A stretch of DNA of 64,000 nt from an uncultured Alphaproteobacteria bacterium (GCA_963736275.1 CAVTOP010000017.1:7551-71550); one strand, 5' to 3'; numbered from the stretch's first letter, positions 37,086 to 49,449 are shown. Program-made: numbers and translations. Notes: generated by a model from the sequence alone, not told the origin.

Positions 37086-38180
37086 ATGAGGCAGATCGGT
37101 TCTGCAGGCCTGGTAGCGGAGAATTCATCAGCCCGTTTGAAGAGATATTTGCGATCCGGCGGAGTTGCGGCAGCGCTTCTGAGCCTCTGCTTTTCCAGCG
37201 CCGCACGGGCGGATGAAGGCGGCGTCAGCTTCTGGGTACCGGGATTTTTCGGAAGTCTTGCGGCAACGCCGCAACAGCCGGGATTTTCATTCGCCAACAT
37301 CTACTATCACACCTCGGTCTCTGCGGGTGGGAACGTCGCGTTTGCACGACAGGTCAGTCGCGGCAACATCACCGCCAATTTCACCGGCGGTGTGAATGCA
37401 AATCTTGACGCCAGAGCCGATCTCTACATGGCGATTCCCAGCTACACGTTCGCAACCCCCGTGCTGGGCGGCCAGGCCAATGTGCTTCTCGTGGTTCCCT
37501 ACGGACGAAGCCGCGCCACCGTCGACGCCACGGTCGCCGGCGCACTTGGTCCAATACCTTTTACAATCTCGGGCGGCAGAACCGATGAGGTCACCGGCTT
37601 CGGCGATCTGGTCCCGCAGTTCAATCTTCGCTGGAATCAAGGCGTCAACAATTTCCTGGTCTATGCCACAGGCAACCTGACGACCGGGCGTTACGATCCG
37701 ACGCGACTCGCCAATCTCGGCATCGGCCACAATGCGATCGATGTCGGCGGCGCCTATACTTACTTCAATCCGCAAACCGGATACGAATTCTCGGCTGCGC
37801 TCGGCTTCACCTACAATTTCGAGAACGTGCACACCGATTACCAGAACGGCATCGACATGCACCTGGACCTGGGTGCCTCGAAATTTGTCACCAAGCAGCT
37901 TCAACTCGGGCTCGTTGGTTACTGGTACAATCAACTTTCCTGCGACAGCGGGACGGGCGATCGGGTCGGCTGCTTCAAGTCGCGGGTTGCCGGCATCGGA
38001 CCGCAGATCGGCTATGTAATACCGATGAGCAAGGACGTTCAGGGCTATCTGAACCTGAAAGGCTACAAGGAATTCGCGGCGGAAAACCGCCCGGACGGAT
38101 GGAACGTATGGCTGACTTTCGTGATCTCGCCTGCGGCACGTCAGGAAGCCGCGGCAAAAAGGCCTATGATCACGAAATAA
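37086..38180 (+). CDS. SphA/MetA-pathway-type outer-membrane beta-barrel ('transporter')
   Basis: ADEGGVSFWVPG..GSLAATP..PG, GFGDL, G.Y...RLANLGIGH.AID, and a beta-strand pattern. Confidence 0.85.
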   Translation: MRQIGSAGLVAENSSARLKRYLRSGGVAAALLSLCFSSAARADEGGVSFWVPGFFGSLAATPQQPGFSFANIYYHTSVSAGGNVAFARQVSRGNITANFTGGVNANLDARADLYMAIPSYTFATPVLGGQANVLLVVPYGRSRATVDATVAGALGPIPFTISGGRTDEVTGFGDLVPQFNLRWNQGVNNFLVYATGNLTTGRYDPTRLANLGIGHNAIDVGGAYTYFNPQTGYEFSAALGFTYNFENVHTDYQNGIDMHLDLGASKFVTKQLQLGLVGYWYNQLSCDSGTGDRVGCFKSRVAGIGPQIGYVIPMSKDVQGYLNLKGYKEFAAENRPDGWNVWLTFVISPAARQEAAAKRPMITK

Positions 38181-38212
38181 GCGTGTGGGCGCGTTTCGGG
38201 GCGCGTAGCAAT

Positions 38213-39445
38213 ATGCCTCAGAAGAACTTCTGCATTTCGGGTGCATTTCAAGGATTGCGCACCGGCATCCGTCTACTTGCCGGCCTGCTTGCGGCCGTCG
38301 CCATGTCAGGCTGTGCGACACTCGATCGCCTTCCGGCTGTCACCTATGCGGAAGCGCGGCAGATAGACATTCTCGATCTTCCCGACGCGCGCTTCTACGT
38401 GAGCGACACCAACCGGATCTACGACGTCGCAATAAAGGCCTATCAACGCAGCAACCGCGCGCGGCCAGCACACACCCGCAATTTCCTCGCACTTTCCGGC
38501 GGCGGCGACGACGGCGCATTCGGAGCCGGGCTTCTGGTCGGATGGAGCACGCGCGGCGACCGGCCTGCGTTCGACATGGTGACCGGCGTCAGCACGGGAG
38601 CGCTTTCGGCTCCGTTTGCATTTTTAGGCCGCGCTTACGACCAAAAGCTTGCCGGGATGTATACCGAAACGAGCGCGGGCGACATCTTTCAGAGACGTGC
38701 GACGTTAATTGCGGCTGTTACGTCCGATTCCCTCGTCGACAACGCACCATTGCGCAGATTGATCGAGAGCAGTGTCGATACAGAAATGGTCCGCAAGATT
38801 GCCGAGGAATACGGCAAGGGGCGGCTGCTGTTCGTTCTGACGACGAATCTCGACCAGAGCCGTCCCGTCATCTGGAATATCGGGGCGATTGCCGCAAGCA
38901 ACAATCCGAAAGCCCGCGATCTCATCGTCGACGTGCTGCTGGCGTCGGCTTCCATCCCCGCCGTGTTTCCGCCCGTCATGCTGGATGTCACGGTCGACGG
39001 TCAGAAGCGCCAGGAAATGCACGTCGACGGCGGCACCGTGGCGCAGGTGTTTTTCTACCCGCCTTCGTTCTCTATCCGAGGCGCTGCCACCCGCTTTGGC
39101 ATCGACGAACAACAATTGCGGGCGCGCAAGCGGGTCGCCTATGTGGTCCGCAACGGCCGCTTCTTCCGTCCGGACGAAAGTGTGCAGCTGCGGACCATCG
39201 CGATTGCCAAAGAGGCGCTGTCGACGATGACCATGTCCAGCGGTATCAACGACACCTATCGTATGTATACACTTGCCAGACGCGATGGCGTCGATTTCAA
39301 TCTTGCTTCGATCGGCGAGGATTTCACGGTGCCTTACAAGGGGCCTTTTGATCCAGGCTACATGCAAGCGCTTTTCGCCTATGGGTTCGAAAAAGGCCGC
39401 GCTGGCTATCTATGGAAGAAGGTGCCGCCCGGATATACCAACTAG
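38213..39445 (+). CDS. Patatin-like phospholipase (lipoprotein)
   Basis: Lipobox MSGC, LSGGGDDGAFGAG, GVSTG and VDGG. Confidence 0.92.
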   Translation: MPQKNFCISGAFQGLRTGIRLLAGLLAAVAMSGCATLDRLPAVTYAEARQIDILDLPDARFYVSDTNRIYDVAIKAYQRSNRARPAHTRNFLALSGGGDDGAFGAGLLVGWSTRGDRPAFDMVTGVSTGALSAPFAFLGRAYDQKLAGMYTETSAGDIFQRRATLIAAVTSDSLVDNAPLRRLIESSVDTEMVRKIAEEYGKGRLLFVLTTNLDQSRPVIWNIGAIAASNNPKARDLIVDVLLASASIPAVFPPVMLDVTVDGQKRQEMHVDGGTVAQVFFYPPSFSIRGAATRFGIDEQQLRARKRVAYVVRNGRFFRPDESVQLRTIAIAKEALSTMTMSSGINDTYRMYTLARRDGVDFNLASIGEDFTVPYKGPFDPGYMQALFAYGFEKGRAGYLWKKVPPGYTN

Positions 39446-39513
39446 AGCCAAGCGAGGATGCTTTCTCAATTCCGATTTCGTCGTGTCTTTTCAATGCAAC
39501 AAACAAGGAGGCA

Positions 39514-39960
39514 ATGATGTTTGGTTTTACGCGTGCAATTAAGTGTGCCGCAGCGGTGGTCGCAGCGGCGGCAATGTTGGTCGTGGCGACCTTACCGTCA
39601 CAAGCAGACAGCGGCTCGGTCCGGCTTCGCGTTACCAGCGCCGGATTCATCATCGGCGCCGGCGGCGGCAACGGCACCTTGCATTTCCGCGGCAAGACCT
39701 ACCCGCTGAGCATTGGCGGCGTCAGGCTCGGCATGATTGGCGTCAGCAGCGCCGACCTCGTCGGCCGCGCGCGCAACCTGCGCCGGGCCAGCGATATCGC
39801 AGGCACATACACCGCAGTGGGCGCCGGCCTTTCCATTGCAGGAGGTGCGGCGACTGCCCGGCTGCGGAATGCGAATGGTGTGGTGCTCGAGGTGCGCGGC
39901 ACCCAGGTCGGATTCTCGGCGTCGATCGATCTCAGCGGACTGCAGATATCGATGCGATAA
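39514..39960 (+). CDS. Exported hypothetical protein (Gly-rich beta protein)
   Basis: RBS aaggagg, signal peptide, and AGFIIGAGGGNGTLHFRGKTYPLSIGG...LRNANGVVL. Confidence 0.8.
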   Translation: MMFGFTRAIKCAAAVVAAAAMLVVATLPSQADSGSVRLRVTSAGFIIGAGGGNGTLHFRGKTYPLSIGGVRLGMIGVSSADLVGRARNLRRASDIAGTYTAVGAGLSIAGGAATARLRNANGVVLEVRGTQVGFSASIDLSGLQISMR

Positions 39961-40147
39961 GCCGCGATTTTTCGCTGTTTGGCCCCGGCAACGAATACGC
40001 CGGGGCCGACATGACCGGCGCGCGCTCGCATCCAATCCGGTATCGTTTGCCTCCCTCGCCGCATGAAATGACTATTGTGTGAACACATAGTCAGAGGGCG
40101 GGAGCGTGCTAGGCTGCGATGGTCGGGGTTGAAGCTGGAGTTTTCGT

Positions 40148-40864
40148 ATGCGTCTCCATCGTTTCGCGTTCCCGTTGGCGGCAATCATTGCAGTATTCAC
40201 ATTGGCCCAGGCCGCGCACGCCAATGTCATGATCATCATCGACAAGTCGGCACAGAAGATGACGGTCACCGTCAACGGCGAGGACCGTTACACCTGGCCG
40301 GTGTCGACGGGCCGTAGTGGCTATGACACCCCGTCGGGCGATTTCCAGCCGTTCCGTATGGAGAAAGATCATTACTCGCGCGAGTGGGACGACGCGCCGA
40401 TGCCGAACTCAATCTTTTTCACCAAGATCGGCCATGCCATTCACGGCACGACCGAGGCCCGCAATCTCGGCAGACCGGCATCGCACGGTTGCGTGCGCCT
40501 GGCGCCGGAGAACGCAGCGACGCTCTTTGCCCTGGTCAAGGATGAAGGCGTGTTCAACACGCGCGTGAGGCTCGTCGGCGAAATCCCGAAGGCGAGCGAC
40601 CTTGTCGCAAGCCGTGATCGCAGCAACAGCACACGTGAATCGACCCGCAACGCCGATAGCGACCAGCCGCGCAGGACCTACGTGCGGAGTTACAGCACGG
40701 ACAACGCCGATCCGGACGACACGCCGTATCAGCGGAACTATCAGGTCCGCAGCGGGCGCGAAACGCAGTACAATTCCCGTTCCTACTCCTACCAGCAGCG
40801 TCCCTATCCGTACTACGAGCGCCGCTACTACGGCCGCGGCTTCTTCAACCAGAACGGCTGGTGA
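40148..40864 (+). CDS. L,D-transpeptidase (YkuD) with Tyr/Arg-rich tail
   Basis: WPVSTG, YDTPSG, AIHGT and ASHGCVRL. Confidence 0.92.
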   Translation: MRLHRFAFPLAAIIAVFTLAQAAHANVMIIIDKSAQKMTVTVNGEDRYTWPVSTGRSGYDTPSGDFQPFRMEKDHYSREWDDAPMPNSIFFTKIGHAIHGTTEARNLGRPASHGCVRLAPENAATLFALVKDEGVFNTRVRLVGEIPKASDLVASRDRSNSTRESTRNADSDQPRRTYVRSYSTDNADPDDTPYQRNYQVRSGRETQYNSRSYSYQQRPYPYYERRYYGRGFFNQNGW

Positions 40865-40868
40865 CGGC

Positions 40869-41018
40869 GTGATCCGCAAGCTTGCGGGCGGAAAATACAG
40901 GCTCTATTCGCGCAAGAAGAACCCGCGCACCGGTAAGCGCCGTAACCTCGGCACCTTCAGCTCAAAACGGGCGGCGCAGAAGCACGAGCGCGAGATCCAG
41001 TACTTCAAGCGGCACTGA
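40869..41018 (+). CDS. Small basic hypothetical protein (49 aa)
   Basis: GTG start; MIRKLAGGKYRLYSRKKNPRTGKRRNLGTFSSKRAAQKHEREIQYFKRH. Confidence 0.7.
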   Translation: MIRKLAGGKYRLYSRKKNPRTGKRRNLGTFSSKRAAQKHEREIQYFKRH

Positions 41019-41074
41019 TAGCCAGGTTGACCTAGAGTCAAGCTTCGGTCTTTGCGCCTGCGACACACTCCCGC

Positions 41075-41197
41075 CGTCATGGCCGGACTTGTTCCGGCCA
41101 TCCACGCCTAGAACAGCCGCGCCGTTAAGACGTGGATGCCCGCGACATAGGCGTGCGAAGCATGCCGTCCTTCGGACGGCTATGCGCGGGCATGACG
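41075..41197. repeat. Type-1 palindromic repeat with module B
   Basis: cgtcatggccggacttgttccggccatccacg...acgtggatgcccgcgac[B]gcgcgggcatgacg. Confidence 0.88.
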
Positions 41198-41234
41198 AAT
41201 TCGAGGTGCTTACTCGATCGATCAGGTCTTAGGC

Positions 41235-41263
41235 TGGATTCCCGCTTACGCGGGAATGAGCGG
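41235..41263. repeat. Right half of type-2 repeat
   Basis: tggattcccgcttacgcgggaatgagcgg. Confidence 0.7.
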
Positions 41264-41290
41264 ATGAGGTTCTGCGAAACTCGTCTAAGC

Positions 41291-41617
41291 TTACTCGCCG
41301 ACGTCCTCGTAGACTTCGGCGTCGGCCGCCCCGGGAAACATCACGCGCCAGGCCTGCAGAAAATTCTGCATTGTTGGGTCGCTCGCCATCTTCTGCCGGC
41401 TACGCTCGACCACCTGATCGGCCTGAAATTCGATGATCTGAAGAAACTGGGTCGGGTCGTCCGCATTTCGCAACAGCCGTACCTTCGTATCGCCGAAGGT
41501 CTGGTACATGGCGGCGGTGTTCTGCATCATCGAGCCAAGCACCTTCGCTGCGTCCGGTGTCGGCGCTTTCAGCCGGAGAAGAAGGGTCCGTTTCAGCTTT
41601 GCCGATTGCTCAGCCAT
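41291..41617 (-). CDS. Hypothetical protein (dimeric alpha-beta barrel-like)
   Basis: Clean 108 aa ORF with RBS gaggagag, directly downstream of the hemerythrin gene. Confidence 0.65.
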   Translation of the reverse strand: MAEQSAKLKRTLLLRLKAPTPDAAKVLGSMMQNTAAMYQTFGDTKVRLLRNADDPTQFLQIIEFQADQVVERSRQKMASDPTMQNFLQAWRVMFPGAADAEVYEDVGE

Positions 41618-41629
41618 GGTGGTCTCTCC

Positions 41630-42247
41630 TCAGCCGTGATGCGCGACGCCCAGCTTTTCCTCACTGCGGTCGAGGATCAACGGCACGATCAGATCCTCCT
41701 CGTCGTCGAGGTGCCGGACGAGTCCTTTAAGCAACGTTCCGCTTGCGTCGGCATAGTTGTCGCCGCACCGGCGCATTGGGTCCCCGCCCTCCTGCAACGC
41801 GCGCAGCAGCGCGTTCGCCGTCTCGGCGGTGCGCGCCATGTCGGCATGGATGTGGTGGTGATCGCCCTCCAGCACGTCGAAGCCGCGGGCCAGGTGCCCG
41901 TCGGCTGCGCGGAAGATCGGAAAATAATGCAGGTCCTCGATCTGGTGGTGGGCGTTGAGCTGGTCGAGCATGAACTGCAGCCGCGGCACGAACTGGCGCG
42001 CAAACTCCTCCGGTGGAAGCTTGCCGGCGCGGAAATGTGCCGCGATCTGCTCGATCGCAACCGACAGCTCGCGAAACATGTCGTGGCGCGAGAGCCAGAA
42101 ACGCGCCATCTCACCAAGGTTCGGATGGGCGTCCCACTGCTCGCGCGGATAGCGCGCGACCAGGACGCGCAGGTCCTCAGGCCAACCGCTGCGGCGGGCA
42201 AGAGCGAGGGCGTCCAGATCGGCGGAATTGGGGATTTCGATGGTCAC
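41630..42247 (-). CDS. Hemerythrin/HHE cation-binding domain protein
   Basis: WLSRHDMFR, LNAHHQIED..YFP, LEGDHHHIH and RHLDDEED. Confidence 0.82.
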   Translation of the reverse strand: MTIEIPNSADLDALALARRSGWPEDLRVLVARYPREQWDAHPNLGEMARFWLSRHDMFRELSVAIEQIAAHFRAGKLPPEEFARQFVPRLQFMLDQLNAHHQIEDLHYFPIFRAADGHLARGFDVLEGDHHHIHADMARTAETANALLRALQEGGDPMRRCGDNYADASGTLLKGLVRHLDDEEDLIVPLILDRSEEKLGVAHHG

Positions 42248-42300
42248 AGCCGCCTAGATAGTCGTTGCGCGCCGGATTGCGAAGGGCAAACTTGTTCCGC

Positions 42301-43224
42301 ATGAATTCGCCCACCACGGTCGCAAGGCTCGCCTGCGACGAACAGACCGCACGCCGATTGGCGGCATTTCTCGCGGAAAGCCTTGACGCCGAGGACACGG
42401 CCTGTGGGGCCTTTGAGGACGGCGCCGGCGGCTGGCAGGTGGCCATCCATTTTTGCCAACCGCCCGAGGAGACAAGCCTGCGCAGTCTGGTCGCGATCGC
42501 GGCGGGCGAGACCGCGTCGCGACTGCTGACCATTGAGCCGATCACGGCGCGAGACTGGGTGGCGCAAAGCCTCGCCGATCTCAAGCCTGTGCGTGTCGGC
42601 CGTTTTTTCGTGCACGGCGCGCACGATCGCGCAAAATTACGCGCGAACGACATCGGCATCGAGATCGAGGCCGCGCTCGCCTTCGGCACCGGCCACCACG
42701 GCACGACGCGCGGCTGCCTTCAGGCGCTGGCCGATCTCGCAAAGCGCCGGGATATCCGCCGTGTGCTTGATGTCGGCACCGGCAGCGGGATCCTGACGAT
42801 TGCCGCGGCAAGACTTCTTCATGCCCGCATCACGGCAAGCGACATCGATGTGCGCGCCGTCGAGGCGGCGCGCGGAAATGCGCGTTGCAATCACGCAATG
42901 CCCCTGGTCACGTTCGCGCGCGCATCCGGCACGGCGGCGCGCATCATCGCGGCTGCTGCGCCCTATCAGCTGATCTTCGCCAATATTCTGCTGGGCGCGC
43001 TCACGCGGCTGGCCGTACCCCTCGGCAAGTTGACCGCGCCCGATGCCCGGGTCGTGCTGTCCGGCCTGTTGCCAAATCATGCGAACGCAGTGATTGCAAC
43101 CTACCGCGCGCAAGGTCTCGTGCTCGAGAAGCGCATCACGCTGGAGGGCTGGGTCACATTGGTGATGCATCGAAAAACGAAACCGCCCCGGGCGGGGAGG
43201 ACGCCGGGGCGGTTTCGCCGGTGA
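42301..43224 (+). CDS. prmA: Ribosomal protein L11 methyltransferase
   Basis: DWVAQSL, ALAFGTGHHGTT.GC, VLDVGTGSGIL and ANIL. Confidence 0.92.
   Translation: MNSPTTVARLACDEQTARRLAAFLAESLDAEDTACGAFEDGAGGWQVAIHFCQPPEETSLRSLVAIAAGETASRLLTIEPITARDWVAQSLADLKPVRVGRFFVHGAHDRAKLRANDIGIEIEAALAFGTGHHGTTRGCLQALADLAKRRDIRRVLDVGTGSGILTIAAARLLHARITASDIDVRAVEAARGNARCNHAMPLVTFARASGTAARIIAAAAPYQLIFANILLGALTRLAVPLGKLTAPDARVVLSGLLPNHANAVIATYRAQGLVLEKRITLEGWVTLVMHRKTKPPRAGRTPGRFRR
43179..43216 (-). terminator. Intrinsic terminator hairpin
   Basis: 13 bp stem gaaaccgccccgg/ccggggcggtttc followed by gtttttc on the minus strand, downstream of 43269-43466. Confidence 0.6.
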
Positions 43225-43268
43225 AAGCGGCTGCTATTACCAGCCGCGGATCAATTTGTTAGTTCCAC

Positions 43269-43466
43269 TCAGTGGACGTTGCGCGGGCCGCGTTTGTCGA
43301 ACAGGTACGCGCGCTTACCGATTTCCCGGTACGCCTGCTGCAAGCGCGCTTCCATCACCGCGGTGAAGAAGCGGCCGATAATGTTTTGACGCGGCCTTGC
43401 GGCGCGCGCGCGCTCAGCGTTTTTCGGGGCCGCAACGTCGGCAACGCCATATGTGATGGCAACCAT
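43269..43466 (-). CDS. Small hypothetical protein
   Basis: RBS gaaaggaga; MVAITYG...GRFFTAVMEARLQQAYREI. Confidence 0.65.
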   Translation of the reverse strand: MVAITYGVADVAAPKNAERARAARPRQNIIGRFFTAVMEARLQQAYREIGKRAYLFDKRGPRNVH

Positions 43467-43807
43467 GGCAATCTCCTTTCAAAAACGATGCGTCAGCAAA
43501 TCCCTCACATCTGCCTTCGACTGTCTGTTGCATTGCAACATAAACCTTCCCGCGCGGATTAGTATGCACGGCGCTGCATGGAAGCCCCGTAATTACAGCA
43601 TGAACTCACCAATAACAAACCGCGATGGATGCCATCACAAAACCGGATTGGTGCGATGCACAAAACCCGGTCAAACGCGTATTCTTTGGATGGATTCGGC
43701 GCCGCTTAACCGGTTGTCGGGCAGGATCGATGTGGTGATGCGCCTCCTGCGGTGCCGGCATGCCTGCATTGCCCGGCTTGCGTAGGACGCTAGAGTGCGG
43801 ACATTCC

Positions 43808-45704
43808 ATGTTTGAAGCCCGCTTCCAGACTTTCGAGGATGCGAGCGCGCGCGCCCAGAGCGCCGCGCGCGTCGCCGCGTTGCGCGCGGAGCTCGAACGG
43901 CGCGGGCTCGATGGATTTGTCGTGCCGCGCGCCGACCGCCAGCAGAACGAATACCTGCCGGCGAGCGAGGAGCGCCTGGCCTGGCTGACCGGCTTCACCG
44001 GCTCGGCAGGCGCTGCGGTGGTGCTGCGTGATGCCGCCGCCGTGTTCGTCGACGGCCGCTACACGTTGCAGGCTGACGCGCAGGTCGATGGACGAGTTTT
44101 CTCGATCGAGCATCTGGTGGAACGGCCACCCGATCAGTGGATCACGGACAATCTCAAAAGCGGCGCCAGGCTCGGCTACGATCCGTGGCTGCACACCAGC
44201 GAGCAGGCCGAAAGGCTCAGGAAAGCGTGCACGGCCGCCGGAGGCGGGCTGGTCGGCGTCGACAGCAATCCGATCGACGCGCTGTGGCAGGATCGTCCGC
44301 CCGCACCTGCCGGCGCGGTCAGCCTGCGCGATTCCAGGTTCGCGGGAGAGGCAGCGCCCGACAAGCTCAAGCGCGTGCGCGCCGAGTTGGCGAAGCTGCG
44401 CGCCGACACGCTGCTGGTGACCGACCCGCAGAACGTCGCCTGGGCTTTCAACATCCGCGGCGCCGATGTCGCCCATACGCCTCTCGCACTCGCCTTCGCG
44501 ACGATCCCGAAGGACGGCAGGCCCGTGCTCTATGTGGATAGCGCCAAGCTCAACAATGCCGTGCGGCATGCGATCGAGGCCTTCGCCGACGTCCGGGCGC
44601 CGGACGAGCTTGCACGCGATCTCGAGACGCTTGGAGGCAAGACCATTCGCATCGACCAGGCGAGCGCGGCGGATGCTTTTACGCAGATTCTCTCGCGCCA
44701 CGGCGGCAAGCCGCAGCGCGGGGCAGACCCGATCACGTTATTGAAGGCGATCAAGAACCACGCCGAGATCGTCGGCAGCCGCAGCGCCCACCGGCGCGAT
44801 GGTGCCGCCGTGACACGCTTTCTGGCCTGGCTCGACAAGGAGGCTTTGGACGGCAAGCTCACCGAAATCGACGTCGTTGCGGCGCTCGAAAGCTTTCGCC
44901 GCGACACCGGCGCGCTCAAGGACATCTCCTTCCCGACCATCGCGGGCGCGGGGCCGAACGGCGCCATCGTTCATTACCGCGTGACCAAGGCCAGCAACCG
45001 GCGGATCGGCAAGAATCAGCTGCTGCTGGTGGATTCCGGTGCGCAATACGAGGATGGAACGACCGATATCACGCGCACGGTCATCGTCGGCGAGCCGAGC
45101 GAGGAGATGCGCGACCGCTTCACCCGCGTCCTCAAGGGCCATGTCGCCATTGCCACCGCGGTCTTTCCCGAGAACACCAGTGGCGCCCAGCTCGACCCGC
45201 TGGCGCGCACGGCGCTGTGGCAGGCCGGCCTCGATTTCGATCACGGCACCGGCCATGGTGTCGGCAGCTATCTGTCGGTGCACGAAGGCCCGGCACGCAT
45301 CTCAAAGCTCGGCAACATCGCGCTCCGGCGCGGCATGATCCTGTCGAACGAGCCCGGCTACTACAAGACCGCCGCCTATGGCATCCGAATCGAGAACCTG
45401 GTGCTGGTGATCGGTGCGCCCGAGCCGATGGGTGCCGAAAAGCCGCTCAATGCCTTCGAGACCCTGACGCTCGCTCCGATCGACCAGACGGCTCATCGAG
45501 CCGGGCATGCTCACGCACAAGGAACGCGCCTGGCTCGACAGCTATCATGAGCGTGTACACGAGATCATCGGTCCGCTGGTCGATCCGCCGGCGCGCAAGT
45601 GGCTCGAGAAAGCGACGCAGCCGATCGATCCGGTGCCGTCGAAGCAGAGGAAACGCCGTCCGGCTGCAAAGAAGCGGAAACGGTCACGCAAAGGCAGACG
45701 CTGA
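43808..45704 (+). CDS. Aminopeptidase P (M24B), frameshift near 45490
   Basis: WLTGFTGSAG, FVDGRYTLQA, DSGAQYEDGTTDITRT, HGTGHGVG and SNEPGYY...GIRIEN. The C-terminus continues in ORF 45507-45704. Confidence 0.92.
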
Positions 45705-45776
45705 GACTGTCCTATGTTGAGCCAACTACGGAGATACAACGTAAAAACGAATTGGAGCGCAGGGGCTGGAGTTGTC

Positions 45777-46964
45777 ATGTGGTCTCACCACCTCGTCCTC
45801 GCCTGCGCCCTGCTCGTACTGCCCGCCCAAGCTCTGGCCGGTGCCAAGGAAAAGGTCGCGGCGCTCGCTCCGTCGGGGCTAGTGCTCGTGATGGACGAAC
45901 AGGGCAACGAGTTGGTGGCTCAGAACGTTGACACTCCCTTCGTCCCTGCCTCCGTCACCAAAATCGTGACTGCGTGGCTGGCGATGGAGGTCCTGGGCGG
46001 CGACTATCGCTTCGAGACCCGCTTCTATCTGGACGGCAACCGGGTGCTCTATATTCGCGGGGGCGGCGATCCGTTTCTGATCTCCGAAGAGCTGGCTCAG
46101 CTCGCCTCGGAGCTGGTCGCCGCAATCGGCAAGAAGCCGTTAAGCGGCATCGTGCTCGACGCGAGCTACTACCCCTCCGACATCCGCATCCCGGGCATCG
46201 AGGACACCGAGGAGGCCTACGACGCGCTGAACTCCGCGCTCGCGGTGAACTTCAACACGATTAACGCCATGCGCAAGGGCAAGACAGTCTCCTCCGCAGA
46301 GCCGCAAACCCCGATCACGCCGCTCGCTATCAGCCAGTTCCGGGCACGGGGACCCCAGGGTCGCAGTCGCATCAGCCTGACCCAGGAGCCCGCGGTGGGG
46401 CTGCAATATGCCGGCGAGCTAATCGCCGCATTCATCGAGCGGGCCGGCGGCAGCGTCAAAGGCAAGATCTCGACCGGAGCTGTGCCCAAGGTCCTGGAGC
46501 CCGTCTACGTTCATCGCCAGTCGCGCGCCCTTTCCAAGATCCTTGCCGAGTTGCTCATTGGTTCGAACAACTACATCGCCAACCAGGTCTTCCTGGAGAT
46601 CGGCGGGCATCGCCTGGGCGGGCCGGTCAGCCTCAAGAAGTCGCTCCAGGTCGCGAACGAGATGCTCGCCAAGCACGGCCTCGCCGACTCCATCCATCTC
46701 GAGGAAGGTTCGGGCATCAGCCGCGGCAATCGCTTCACGGCTCGCGGCCTTGCCCGGTTGCTGCACCTCTTCGAGCCCAATGCTAACCTGCTACGGCGCG
46801 GCGAGGGCGCCCGCTTCAAGACCGGCACCTTTTCCGGCGTCCGCACCCTGGCAGGCTATGCCGACACCGCCAAGCATGGGCGAGTACGCTTCGTGATCGC
46901 ACTCACCAGCAACGACAGCACGATGCGCTTCCGGCTGCTCAAAGCCGTCCAGTCAGAGCTGTAG
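45777..46964 (+). CDS. D-alanyl-D-alanine carboxypeptidase/endopeptidase (S13, DacB-like)
   Basis: Signal peptide, PASVTK (SxxK), SNN (SxN) and KTG. Confidence 0.9.
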   Translation: MWSHHLVLACALLVLPAQALAGAKEKVAALAPSGLVLVMDEQGNELVAQNVDTPFVPASVTKIVTAWLAMEVLGGDYRFETRFYLDGNRVLYIRGGGDPFLISEELAQLASELVAAIGKKPLSGIVLDASYYPSDIRIPGIEDTEEAYDALNSALAVNFNTINAMRKGKTVSSAEPQTPITPLAISQFRARGPQGRSRISLTQEPAVGLQYAGELIAAFIERAGGSVKGKISTGAVPKVLEPVYVHRQSRALSKILAELLIGSNNYIANQVFLEIGGHRLGGPVSLKKSLQVANEMLAKHGLADSIHLEEGSGISRGNRFTARGLARLLHLFEPNANLLRRGEGARFKTGTFSGVRTLAGYADTAKHGRVRFVIALTSNDSTMRFRLLKAVQSEL

Positions 46965-47033
46965 ACGGAGGCGCGCGCCGAGTTGACGTTGTCCACGCGT
47001 CACAGAAATCCGCAATGTCCACTTCGGGTTGCC

Positions 47034-47254
47034 GGTTCAACCGGTCGACGCAACACTAGCGGCTGGGGCTCCTAAGGTCTTACGTGGCCGCACGTTTTGC
47101 AGACCCGCCGCTTTATTCGGATGACCTCCCGAATACCCCGACAAGTCGGCGCCTTTCGGAAAGTACTGTCTCGGCAGATCATTGGCGTTCTATTGGACCC
47201 GCGCTGCCACGAACTTTGCGTATCGGAGAAAGTGTTGCGTCGACCGGTTAAATC
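47034..47254 (-). mobile_element. Internally deleted IS30-family element (both inverted repeats plus transposase 3' end)
   Basis: Perfect 19 bp IR aaccggtcgacgcaacact at 47039-57 and 47231-49. The interior reads SWQRGSN...RQYFPKGADLS...RPRKTLG...VASTG* on the minus strand across one frameshift. Confidence 0.8.
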
Positions 47255-47299
47255 CACTAGCGGACGTTGCCTCCCAAAGCGACATGCTGAAAAAACTGC

Positions 47300-49444
<2,145 letters not shown>

Positions 49445-49449
49445 TTTTC

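Noticed and set aside
41027-41041. FNR-like site ttgacctagagtcaa
   Set aside because: The spacer is 7 nt, and it lies between convergent gene ends with no promoter to control. It differs from the 27560 box by only one inserted base.
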